Shown: one piece after another, positions 17,901 to 25,766 of the stretch
Position numbering within the stretch: position 1 is the first letter of the stretch
How the letters are laid out: each line of letters begins with the position of its first letter
Virus record (IMG/VR): IMGVR_UViG_3300038530_000849
Location: 1-25,766 of that record
Strand: one strand, 5' to 3'
Length of the DNA stretch: 25,766 nt
DNA from: a virus
Taxonomy: Duplodnaviria > Caudoviricetes
The notes under the pieces: generated by a model
Told to the model about the DNA's origin: nothing
Seen by the model: the letters and a program-made list of their open reading frames with translations, nothing else
The model's database searches: none
Program-made: the position numbers and the translations under genes

Positions 17901-20144
17901 CCAAGAGCGTTAGCTGAACAATTAGATTTTAGCAGAAGAGATGGTGTATTTACAGAGTATCAAACTAGATTAGAACAAGATTGGTCAAACATTTATAGAG
18001 TACAAGATGATATTGATAAAATTATGCTTCCTGTTTCTAGATTAATGGAAAAGAAAAAATTTTTAGAAAATAAAGATGTTATACAAATACCAGTAATAAC
18101 TGTTGGTGGTAAAAAATTTAACGTAAAATTAGGTATAGCAGATAGATCAAGAATTTATTTAGCTAAACGTGATCCTGAAACTTGGGAAGAATCACAAAAA
18201 GCTGGTTTTAAAAAAACAAGAGGTAATCGATTTATTATTGATGAAGTGGCCTACAAAGCTATAGAAAATTATATGCGTAAAAATAATGAAATAGAAATTT
18301 CTGAAAGAATAATACAAGCATATTCAACATTAAGCAGATATACTGATGATGCCTCTATAAGAATAAATGGATTTCCTTTATCAATAGATAGTTATACAGG
18401 ACCAAGAATAAGAGAAGGTGCTTTAGTTGGTGCAGAAGGATTAATTGCACTAAAAGATATAAATTTAGAAACAGGTAAAACATTTAATGATAATGTAAAT
18501 AATTTCTTTATAGAAAATAGTGGTAGATTTAAGCCAAGAGCAAAAGCTAGTAAAAAAGCATTGTTAATATATAATCCAGAAAAAGTATTAGGAAATGTTA
18601 CACAAATAGTTTCTTTGTATTATGGAAGAGGAGAAACTTTAAAAGATATAAATTTATTTTTAAATGAAATAAATAGATTAGGATCATATGATGAATTAGA
18701 AAGAACTACTATTGCTGAACAATATCAAAAAGTAGGTAGGCAAGTAGAACTTTCTAACTATAAAAAATTTATAGAAAGTTTAAATAAAGCAGGATCACCA
18801 AGATTTCAAGGACCTGTAAGTAGATTTTTTGCAGGTGCAGAACAACAATTTATTACTTATTTAGGACCAAGAGCATTAGGATTAAATTTAAAAGTGTCTG
18901 CTGTTCAAGCAGCTTCACTACCTACTGCTGCTTCTGTAATGAATAAACAAGATACTGATAATATGTATAAAGCATTTTTTACTGGTAAGCCTACTAGTAT
19001 AGCTGAAATGAGTAATAAATCACCTTATTTATCTGCCAGATTTAATAAAGGAAAGTTAGGATATATCTTTTCAGAAAAAGGTATGGCTGAAAAAGATTCT
19101 AGATATATGGGATTAATTAGAGGAATGGACTCAAAAGTTATTGGCTCTATATATTCATCTATGCAAAAAAGAGTTATGAGAGAACAACCATTTTTAAAAT
19201 CTAAATCACCTGATGATTTTAATAGAGAAGTTGAAAGATTAACTATGGATATTATGTTTAAAACACAGCCTACTTTTGAAGATGTATCAAGGCCACTTGC
19301 AGCAACAGAAACAAATCCATTAGTTCGTATGGCTTTTGTATTTTCTTCACAAAGAAATAAAAACTATTATTTATTATATTCATCTTTTATGGATACAGCT
19401 AACGCTATTTCTCAATATGGTTTTGCAAGTAAAGAATTTAAAGATCAGTTGTTGCAATCAAGTAATACTCAAATGAATCTTTTACTTGCTTCGAGTATAG
19501 TAGCTGGTCTTAACATAACTGCTAAAGAATTTATGAGTTTAGCTACAGAAGAGAAATATGCAACATTACCTCCTGATTATTTTGAATATGCAGATAAATC
19601 TATAAAAGAAAAATTCTTAAAAGAACTATTAATAGTGTATGGGGGTAATGTAGGTGGTGGTCCTAGTGCTGTTGTAAGTGCGTTACAAGGATTTGATTTA
19701 ATAAAAACACCTTATGATGCACCATTATTAGATTTAAAAAGTGGTTTTGAAGCATTAAAAATGACTCAAGAAATGTTAAAATTATTAGATGCTGGTAAGA
19801 TAAGAGATTTAGAAAATTATTGGCAAGTTAATGGATTGTTATATGCAGATAAATTATCTGAAGGATTAAATTTATTAGCAGCTATTCCTCAAGTTAGAAA
19901 AACAGTTGGTCCTATTCCTACAGCAAACTTATATAAATGGTTTTATGAAATACCTGCTGCTCTCGTTAAAGAGTTAAAAGAAACTGACAGAGAAAAATAT
20001 CAAGAAGGAAAAGCAAAAAGAAAGAGAGAAAAAGAAAGAGAGAAAGAAGAAAAAATTTCACCAAAAAGAAAAGAAAAGGAAGAACTTGATAAAATAATAG
20101 ATAGTGTAAATTTAAAATTAAAACAATTTAAAAATCCAAAATAA
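14946..20144 (+). CDS. large internal virion/ejection protein (gp16-like position)
   Basis: 1732 aa helical, K/E-rich protein between internal proteins and tail fibre; no catalytic motif recognised. Confidence 0.6.
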   Translation: MIDLKTFTETAIQNNPDATAEDITNAYNLYEKDYNNEQAAYMQNPPNPKTSTLTDIEAFNKTYIENKIGVKFSNDELPAYMGTYMGMPNISNEEFLNEIVNLELNKAPVKPISNLEKGLTDFGGEAINPETFSLFNLPSQMDILDLNKDNIIDYKDRQAYYDQDLSLKQKVIYNVADFIHDRTLTYGYPVTKFIDQVPSWYRAIKLQLDSENTPIPLLDDIVKVTGGFSLYETQQLEKYREELNASGNKNFAAAMGITKGATDTLSFLNALRLVPGAGFTYGTLAKVPTTLKKGSAVKYTFGNVLRALTNGQRIALVSAWTTEGVTQEERLDIWKITTLYASTPALSGNVPSNVGAKGVDFILNSLISTFKEDGILDIIKNESLSGVEKLWAAGELVGYDAVFSAMTQSYGKTANALRADFQAMDQYTNRLSIEAQRPGTSGLFKDDGSPLRKLSYEQLIKSGFYGTDLSSGRGGVFILDKIETQGLKEIQNTKNELEKELKKIQITEQKIVDVGRDETKVDEVKPTDEVKPTDEVKPTDEVKPVDETKVDEVKETKVDEVKETKVDEVIPEKILDNKEIKKAVQETILQGIKDNESQPVIDQIIRGNQRIEELYTVLDAPKGTQVKTVINKINNIRQNKPAETFTIKEYYKLLEKTSKDALVKGTSDIQKQFNEFSKFADNNLPYKTADRIKKQLSKLIEKGTTPLKFNEQARSILDRATGPQQKIEQVIPIKDMSKRVDMTEAEMLRVILKEQEKAATGARKSTVDKIVANQKIAQDILNKMPAATKSKMITAMNKIAKAKTDATREKYLNEFTQYANKVVDNFYRSEALSNLNFAKSEAQRLLKSKRVNDEIKNEIEKVITEIDSGKLKDSIDDLINKATIPEQIELLANLKLYTELIPVKPQSELSTKELNLQAEMLNSYVSKMSRIIDDITNNRKSKIQEQVIKEKSIINQRKETNEFFEKVKDKFDKFVKTPLVGYSIPPRALAEQLDFSRRDGVFTEYQTRLEQDWSNIYRVQDDIDKIMLPVSRLMEKKKFLENKDVIQIPVITVGGKKFNVKLGIADRSRIYLAKRDPETWEESQKAGFKKTRGNRFIIDEVAYKAIENYMRKNNEIEISERIIQAYSTLSRYTDDASIRINGFPLSIDSYTGPRIREGALVGAEGLIALKDINLETGKTFNDNVNNFFIENSGRFKPRAKASKKALLIYNPEKVLGNVTQIVSLYYGRGETLKDINLFLNEINRLGSYDELERTTIAEQYQKVGRQVELSNYKKFIESLNKAGSPRFQGPVSRFFAGAEQQFITYLGPRALGLNLKVSAVQAASLPTAASVMNKQDTDNMYKAFFTGKPTSIAEMSNKSPYLSARFNKGKLGYIFSEKGMAEKDSRYMGLIRGMDSKVIGSIYSSMQKRVMREQPFLKSKSPDDFNREVERLTMDIMFKTQPTFEDVSRPLAATETNPLVRMAFVFSSQRNKNYYLLYSSFMDTANAISQYGFASKEFKDQLLQSSNTQMNLLLASSIVAGLNITAKEFMSLATEEKYATLPPDYFEYADKSIKEKFLKELLIVYGGNVGGGPSAVVSALQGFDLIKTPYDAPLLDLKSGFEALKMTQEMLKLLDAGKIRDLENYWQVNGLLYADKLSEGLNLLAAIPQVRKTVGPIPTANLYKWFYEIPAALVKELKETDREKYQEGKAKRKREKEREKEEKISPKRKEKEELDKIIDSVNLKLKQFKNPK
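16494..16652 (+). repeat. in-frame tandem repeats (18-bp DEVKPT x3-4 and 24-bp ETKVDEVK x3)
   Basis: gatgaagttaaacctact and gaaactaaagttgatgaagttaaa units visible directly. Confidence 0.9.
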
Positions 20145-20193
20145 TCTTGACAATGGGTAATTTATAATATACACAACAATGTAAGGGGAAAAC

Positions 20194-21423
20194 ATGGCAA
20201 TTTCAACATTAAAAAACAGAGAATCTTATTTATCATTAGAAAATCAGACAAGTTTTGATTTTACTATTAGTGGTGTAAGAGTACCATTTTTTGCAAATTC
20301 AGATATTAAAGTTTTTAAAAGAGAGTCTGGAGAAACAGCAGACACAGAATTAACATTTAATGCTTCTCCAACTAATAATACACAGTTTAGTATTACAGCA
20401 GTAAATAACGATACCAGGCAAGGTGGGACCATAGTTCTTGGTGGTACAGGTTATGCTGCTAATACTACTATAACAATAGAACGTGTTGTTCCTTTTACCC
20501 AAGAATACACATTACAAGAGGGGTCATCTATTGATCCTACAGCTTTGAATACTGCATTAGATAGAGCAGTAGCACAAACACAACAATTAGATGATGATAG
20601 AGTTGTTACGTTTCCTGCATCTGACGCTTCATCTGTAACATATAATGTAACTGAAAGTGCAGCATCAAGAGCAAGTAAAGTATTAGGGTTTGATAGTAGT
20701 GGTAATATTAATACACAAACATTTTCTACTGTAGCAGGTGATGCTGTTACTGGTGGTAATGGTATAGATATTACTGCTAATAATATATCAGTAGATGTTA
20801 CAAGTGATTTTTCATTTAATTCCGGTGAATTACAATTAGCTTCAGATTCTGTTGATACAGCAGAAATAAAAGATAGTGCAGTAACAGAAGCCAAGATAGG
20901 TAACAATGCAGTTACAGCTTCTAAAATAGCTGGTAATGCAGTTGGATCAGCACAAATATCTGATGGTGCAGTAGGCTCTTCAGAGTTAGCTGGTAATGCA
21001 GTTAGTCTAGCTACAATGGCACAGATAGCACAAAATTCTTTTATTGGTAGAACAAGTAGTGGTACAGGTAATCCTGAACACGTTGCTTCAACAGCAATAA
21101 GTGATTTAGTAATTGGAGGACTTCTTACAGATGGTACAGGATCAGGTACAGGTAGTGGTACTGGTACACTTGTTAATGCTAAAATTATAACTTTAGGAAC
21201 AGGATCAAATAAATTAATTATTAAATTTTTTACAATAACCTCAACAGATGATAATGATCAAACTTTTACATTTGCAAGTGCATTTCCTAATTCAGTTTTA
21301 TTTTGCACTGTATCTGATACTTTAGGTACAATATCAAGTGTAACAACGTCTCAATTTACTTATAATAGATCAGATGCTTACGATAATACGCTTACATTAT
21401 TTGGAATAGCATTCGGTACTTAA
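20194..21423 (+). CDS. tail fibre protein
   Basis: N-terminal T7 gp17-like anchor (ITIERVVP...ALDRAVAQTQQL), 10-aa AVT.AKI repeats, C-terminal FTFASAFPN domain. Confidence 0.82.
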   Translation: MAISTLKNRESYLSLENQTSFDFTISGVRVPFFANSDIKVFKRESGETADTELTFNASPTNNTQFSITAVNNDTRQGGTIVLGGTGYAANTTITIERVVPFTQEYTLQEGSSIDPTALNTALDRAVAQTQQLDDDRVVTFPASDASSVTYNVTESAASRASKVLGFDSSGNINTQTFSTVAGDAVTGGNGIDITANNISVDVTSDFSFNSGELQLASDSVDTAEIKDSAVTEAKIGNNAVTASKIAGNAVGSAQISDGAVGSSELAGNAVSLATMAQIAQNSFIGRTSSGTGNPEHVASTAISDLVIGGLLTDGTGSGTGSGTGTLVNAKIITLGTGSNKLIIKFFTITSTDDNDQTFTFASAFPNSVLFCTVSDTLGTISSVTTSQFTYNRSDAYDNTLTLFGIAFGT

Positions 21424-21445
21424 TTTAAAAAAAAAGGATAATATT

Positions 21446-21742
21446 ATGTCAATAGAAGCACAAAAATTCCCTAACACAGGGGAAAGTATTCAAGTCGGTG
21501 GTATGACTGTAAAAGGTAATGCTAATACAGCTATAACTGTAAAAGCAAACTCAATTATAGAAGTTGCTGATACAGCAGGTGCTGGTGCATATGTTAAATT
21601 AGATACTTCTGATCCAGGTACAGTATCTAGTGGTACATCAGGTGCATTCTTTATTCCACCATTCGGAGTATCAAGACCATTTAAAACTGGTGAAAATACA
21701 GTTATTCGTGGCTCTGCTGTTATTAATGTACGAGAGTTGTAA
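21446..21742 (+). CDS. small beta-rich tail-associated protein
   Basis: 98 aa, SD AAGGA, TAATG-coupled to next gene. Confidence 0.55.
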   Translation: MSIEAQKFPNTGESIQVGGMTVKGNANTAITVKANSIIEVADTAGAGAYVKLDTSDPGTVSSGTSGAFFIPPFGVSRPFKTGENTVIRGSAVINVREL

Positions 21743-23847
21743 TGTCACTATCGTTAAATTTAGGACAAAAAAGTGGTACAGATTTATCTAATAGTTTGTT
21801 ACCTGAACAGACTAATTTAAATACTTGGCTTACACAACCATCTACAGATGGTAAAACATTAACTAATGTTAAAGGTACAGATGTTTCTTTTAAAGATATT
21901 AATGCACTTACTTTTGATGGTAGTGATGATTTAATACAAGCTAATAACACAACTTTAGGTGCAGGTAATTTTTACTATGAAATAATATTTAAATATCAAA
22001 CAGGTGATAATCAATATATTTTTATAGATGGAGATACAGGTGTAAACGATAGATGGATAGGTTTATTTTATACATCAGGAAGTGGTGATGGGGTACAAGC
22101 TAGTTTTGACAGCGGAACAAAAGAAACTTTAACTGTTTTTAGTTCTGCACAAGTATCTAATAATGATATTGTAAAAGTTATATTAAAAAGAGCAGGGTCA
22201 ACATTAGAAGTTGAGGGCCATAATCTAACTCAACAAGGAACTCAAACAGACTCATCAAGCAATAGTGGTGATTTTTCAGGTGGTAATAAATTAACCATAG
22301 GTGGTTTATGGAATGGAACAGGTATTTCAAATCATGCCGCTTTTGAATTATATTCTTTTAAAGCGGGAACAAGTGAAACAGATTTAGTTGTATATTATCC
22401 TTGTTCAGAGGGTTTAGGAGATAGAGTATTTGATGTTAGTGGTACAGGAAATCATGCAACAGTAACAGGTGCTACTAGAAGCACAGAGTCTAGTAATTTA
22501 ATACAGTCTTATAATAATCAATATGGTTTTACTACTAATGTTATAACACATAAATCAGCATTTGTTGGTACAAACATAACAGCTGTTTTAAATGCAGATG
22601 ATGAATTAGTATTAACAAAAACAAGTAGTGGAACTGGTAATATCATTTTAGGATTACCTATTCAATTAACAGGAAGTGTAACATATTCTTATGAAGCTAA
22701 AAATAGTCAAAATGGAGCTATAGCACAGAATATATTTTTAAATGATTCAGGTGCTACATTTAAAAATTCTAGTGGTCAAACAGTATTAGGAAGTTCTAAT
22801 ACTTTTAATACATTTACAAGTAGTGGTACTGTATCAACCGATCAAGATATAGGATTTCAAATGACAAACTATTCTTTCTTTACTAATGGAGAAACAGCAA
22901 CTATTCGTAATTTAACTATAAGACCTACTAGTGGTACTTATAGAATACCTGCATTACCTAATAAAACAAAACAAGGTTACACAGCAGATGGCGTAGCTGA
23001 TGAAATAGAATTTAATCATAGTATAAATGCTAGTTCTGATTTTGAATTTGAAAGTGAATTTATTGTTAATGACCCCTCATTATCATTACAAGCAGTATTT
23101 TCAGCTACAGGAAGTACAACCAACGACAGAGGTATGTTTATTAGATATGAAGCAGGTAGTACAAGATGGTTAATAAAATTAGGAGATACTACTTATTATA
23201 TTAGTAGTCATTCAATAGCTAGAGGAGATGTATATAAATTTAATATTAAATATCATTCTAGTACACAGAAAGTTACAGTGACTATGACTAAAAATGGAAC
23301 AACTACCACACCTATAGATAATCAAGATGTAACTTATGTTCCTGATTTTAATGGTCAAGCATCATTAGGCTCATTACGTTGGTCAACTTCATCACCCGCA
23401 GGGTTTACATTTAAAACTTGTAAATTTATACAAGGAACTACAACTAATGTAGAACTCGATATTAATAATAGTGCAGGATTATCTACTGTTGCTGACTTAT
23501 CAGGCAATGGAAATAATGGTACATTACAAAGTGCTACTCTTTCATTAAATTGGGCTAAAAGATATACTGACTCTGATGGTATTATAACAAATGCTAATTA
23601 TACAGGAGGAGATACTGATATAACAAATCCTAGTGGATATGTTCATAATGGTAGCGAATGTGGATTAGATTTAACTACTACAGATGTAAGTGCATCAGAC
23701 ATAGCAAGCATTAATAATGCAAGTGCTACACAAACTTTTGCAAAACGAGATGCAACAAATTCAGAATTAGTTACACAACTTTTACAATATAGTAGTGCGT
23801 TATCAGACGCAGGAGAATTAGCGAGGACAAGAGCTTATGTCGGTTAA
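21742..23847 (+). CDS. LamG/concanavalin A-like virion protein (probable receptor-binding/fibre protein)
   Basis: MSLSLNLG N-terminus; ALTFDGSDD, LTIGG, VFDVSGTGNHATVTGA and second DG.ADEI...DLSGNGNNGTL module; S/T/G/N-rich. Confidence 0.72.
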   Translation: MSLSLNLGQKSGTDLSNSLLPEQTNLNTWLTQPSTDGKTLTNVKGTDVSFKDINALTFDGSDDLIQANNTTLGAGNFYYEIIFKYQTGDNQYIFIDGDTGVNDRWIGLFYTSGSGDGVQASFDSGTKETLTVFSSAQVSNNDIVKVILKRAGSTLEVEGHNLTQQGTQTDSSSNSGDFSGGNKLTIGGLWNGTGISNHAAFELYSFKAGTSETDLVVYYPCSEGLGDRVFDVSGTGNHATVTGATRSTESSNLIQSYNNQYGFTTNVITHKSAFVGTNITAVLNADDELVLTKTSSGTGNIILGLPIQLTGSVTYSYEAKNSQNGAIAQNIFLNDSGATFKNSSGQTVLGSSNTFNTFTSSGTVSTDQDIGFQMTNYSFFTNGETATIRNLTIRPTSGTYRIPALPNKTKQGYTADGVADEIEFNHSINASSDFEFESEFIVNDPSLSLQAVFSATGSTTNDRGMFIRYEAGSTRWLIKLGDTTYYISSHSIARGDVYKFNIKYHSSTQKVTVTMTKNGTTTTPIDNQDVTYVPDFNGQASLGSLRWSTSSPAGFTFKTCKFIQGTTTNVELDINNSAGLSTVADLSGNGNNGTLQSATLSLNWAKRYTDSDGIITNANYTGGDTDITNPSGYVHNGSECGLDLTTTDVSASDIASINNASATQTFAKRDATNSELVTQLLQYSSALSDAGELARTRAYVG

Positions 23848-24226
23848 TGAAGAAGATATAGTTGTAGTACCACACAAATACGATAAATTTTTTAACAAAG
23901 AAAATGGTGTAGTTTATGCTTTTCTTGAAGTGCCTACAACATTTTTATCTGAAGAATTACCAACAGATGCAACGTGGTCTACTAAAGAAGATGAATCACA
24001 AAAAACTATAGAAGAATATGTTATATCCATACAAAAATCTAATGATGAAACTAAATCTATTATAGGATTAATGGGTACAATAGCACCTACTTATCGTGTG
24101 CGTATGTTCGGTAAAAACGATTTACAAGATTGGGAAACTTGGTTAAATACCAAAGGATATAGTATAGATAACTTTCTCACCATAGAAGAACGTAATATCT
24201 TATTGGAATCAGATGACTATGAGTAA
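23837..24226 (+). CDS. hypothetical acidic protein (possible fibre chaperone/partner)
   Basis: 129 aa overlapping both neighbours. Confidence 0.65.
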   Translation: MSVNEEDIVVVPHKYDKFFNKENGVVYAFLEVPTTFLSEELPTDATWSTKEDESQKTIEEYVISIQKSNDETKSIIGLMGTIAPTYRVRMFGKNDLQDWETWLNTKGYSIDNFLTIEERNILLESDDYE

Positions 24227-24758
24227 GAAAGGTAAAAACGTAACTATCAAAGGTGTACTGTATGAAGATGGTATGTTTGATCACCGCAAAGATGATGACA
24301 TCTACAAATCTAAAGGCGGTAAAGAAGCAGTAGAATCTACAGTTACTGAAACAGCTACAACAGAGGTAGTAAGCCAGGCAACACAATCAGGCATACAAGC
24401 TGTAGTTACACAGGTCCAAACACAGGTAGCTAATCTGGGTGCATCAGGATTAATAGCTGTAGGTAGTGCGGGTGCATTTCAGGTAGAACATATGCACGAC
24501 CATACAACACAAGCAGTAGAAAAAGCTACACCTATGATAACAGAGTTAATAGAAACAGGTACAATACAAGATACAATACCTGAAGGACATAGTAAGTATG
24601 GACAGGAGATACCTGTAGTTAAAACATTTTTTGGTGTTAAGGTTGGAGAAGAAAGAACTAAAACAGACGAACAAAGACAAGCTGAAGAAACTATGGTAAG
24701 ATCAGCAAGAAGTCCTGGTGTAAATGATTTTCAAGAAAAAGAAGCGAGTATGGAATGA
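24213..24758 (+). CDS. hypothetical protein with central G/A-rich hydrophobic segment
   Basis: QVANLGASGLIAVGSAGAFQV segment, T/E/Q-rich flanks; ATGA coupling to next ORF. Confidence 0.7.
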   Translation: MTMSKKGKNVTIKGVLYEDGMFDHRKDDDIYKSKGGKEAVESTVTETATTEVVSQATQSGIQAVVTQVQTQVANLGASGLIAVGSAGAFQVEHMHDHTTQAVEKATPMITELIETGTIQDTIPEGHSKYGQEIPVVKTFFGVKVGEERTKTDEQRQAEETMVRSARSPGVNDFQEKEASME

Positions 24759-24904
24759 TACACTTTGATATAATTTGGGAACATATACAACCACACATTA
24801 CAGGTATCTGTATTGGATTAGGTGGATTAATATGTACGTTAAGTATGTTTATGCCAAGACATTGGAAGATATTTAAATTAATTAGTTGGATGAAAAAGAA
24901 ATGA
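24755..24904 (+). CDS. 49-aa single-pass membrane protein (MIHFDIIWEHIQPHITGICIGLGGLICTLSMFMPRHWKIFKLISWMKKK), not in ORF track
   Basis: ATGA overlaps at both ends (24755-24758 and 24901-24904); hydrophobic stretch followed by basic tail. Confidence 0.75.
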   Translation: MIHFDIIWEHIQPHITGICIGLGGLICTLSMFMPRHWKIFKLISWMKKK

Positions 24905-25464
24905 TAAAAAATATAATTTTATGGATAGGGTTTGTGTTACTAATAATGTTTGCAAGCATTACTAGAGGTGACTTATATGTGTATGATTTAGAAGCTACGC
25001 TTACAGAAAGTAATGTTACCTATGTGGACCAAGAGCCATTTTATTATGATATATTTCATATACAAACAGATGGATATGCGACTTTGGCCTTTGATAACTA
25101 CGATGCTGATTTAGGTAGTAGTAATTCTAACTATGATTTTAATGATCCATATCTTTATTTGTATGAGATAGAACAACATACATTAAATGGATTTAGTAGT
25201 GGGTCAGTACAACTTACACTGTTTGATGAAGATGATGATGGTAATGAAGATAGTCCGGAAGGATTATACTTTTATCTAGATGATGTACAGATACATAATC
25301 AGTTAGTAGCAGTTGTATCTAGTTATGACCCATACGTTGTAGGTACAGTAGATTTTACAGTAACAAGTAATCAACCATTAAGTATTATTCCAGAGCCACA
25401 AGCTATAAGTTTAATATTGCTAGGTGGTGCAAGTTTATTAATAGCTAAAAGGAAACTGTCGTGA
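24901..25464 (+). CDS. secreted PEP-CTERM sorting-domain protein (187 aa)
   Basis: N-terminal signal peptide MIKNIILWIGFVLLIMFASITRG; acidic beta domain with DPYLYLY..DEDDDG; C-terminal IPEP + hydrophobic helix + KRK; ATG 24901 coupled to upstream TGA. Confidence 0.88.
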   Translation: MIKNIILWIGFVLLIMFASITRGDLYVYDLEATLTESNVTYVDQEPFYYDIFHIQTDGYATLAFDNYDADLGSSNSNYDFNDPYLYLYEIEQHTLNGFSSGSVQLTLFDEDDDGNEDSPEGLYFYLDDVQIHNQLVAVVSSYDPYVVGTVDFTVTSNQPLSIIPEPQAISLILLGGASLLIAKRKLS

Positions 25465-25613
25465 ATGATTGTATTGAAAAAGGTTTAGTAGGAACAATAG
25501 GATTTGTTAGTAGTTGGAATCTACAATGGGTTAATCCTTTGTTATCGTTAGTTATATCTATATTAACTATAGTATATTTAGTTATAGGAATAAAGCAAAG
25601 GTTGAGTAAGTAA
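25461..25613 (+). CDS. 50-aa membrane protein, holin-like (MNDCIEKGLVGTIGFVSSWNLQWVNPLLSLVISILTIVYLVIGIKQRLSK), not in ORF track
   Basis: GTGA overlap with upstream stop, SD AAGGA, TAATG coupling downstream; long hydrophobic helix and basic tail. Confidence 0.7.
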   Translation: MNDCIEKGLVGTIGFVSSWNLQWVNPLLSLVISILTIVYLVIGIKQRLSK

Positions 25614-25766
25614 TGGGTCATAAAAAAGGTCATAGTAGAGTAAACGAAGCGGGTAACTATACAAAACCAACCATGCGTAAAGCATTGTTTAATCGTATTA
25701 AAGCTGGGGGTAAAGGTGGTAGACCTGGACAATGGTCTGCTCGTAAAGCACAGATGTTAGCTAAAC
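25613..25766 (+). CDS. small basic conserved phage protein, truncated by window end (recalled as DUF5872-like)
   Basis: MGHKKGHSRVNEAGNYTKPTMRKALFNRIKAGGKGGRPGQWSARKAQMLAK; GGKGG.PGQWSARKAQ motif recognised from memory. Confidence 0.75.
   Translation, partial: MGHKKGHSRVNEAGNYTKPTMRKALFNRIKAGGKGGRPGQWSARKAQMLAK

Noticed and set aside
20194-23847. BPP-1-style diversity-generating retroelement target
   Set aside because: No reverse transcriptase and no TR/VR repeat pair differing at adenines seen in the window
24886-24900. TTG start at 24886 for the PEP-CTERM gene
   Set aside because: ATG at 24901 overlaps the upstream TGA and yields a canonical signal peptide
20244-25732. Minus-strand ORFs 20244..20432, 20451..20906, 21723..21950, 24177..24386, 25445..25732
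   Set aside because: Antisense to coupled plus-strand genes; 25445..25732 is displaced by two better-supported plus-strand ORFs
2418-25766. Stop-codon reassignment
   Set aside because: Long genes are intact under the standard code and TAA, TAG and TGA all terminate genes at sensible junctions

Overview
AT-rich (phage-like) 25.8 kb fragment of a short-tailed dsDNA phage (podovirus-type gene order, BPP-1/T7-like virion module; no RNA polymerase or integrase in the window). Left 2 kb: a minus-strand run of at least seven small, mostly acidic orphan 'early-type' ORFs joined by a repeated ~28-35 bp stop/RBS/start module, with a complete type II hammerhead ribozyme (1330-1381, minus strand) inserted between two of the ORFs. 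2036-2417: divergent control region with palindromes and a G-tract. 2418-23847 (+): probable TerS, two tiny Cys-rich ORFs, TerL, portal, scaffold, major capsid (preceded by a structured leader), decoration protein, tail adaptor and nozzle, three internal virion/ejection proteins, tail fibre and a LamG-like receptor-binding protein. Right end: a translationally coupled cluster of membrane proteins that includes a phage-encoded signal-peptide + PEP-CTERM (IPEP) protein, and a truncated basic conserved protein. All product calls come from motif recognition and synteny only; no searches were run.
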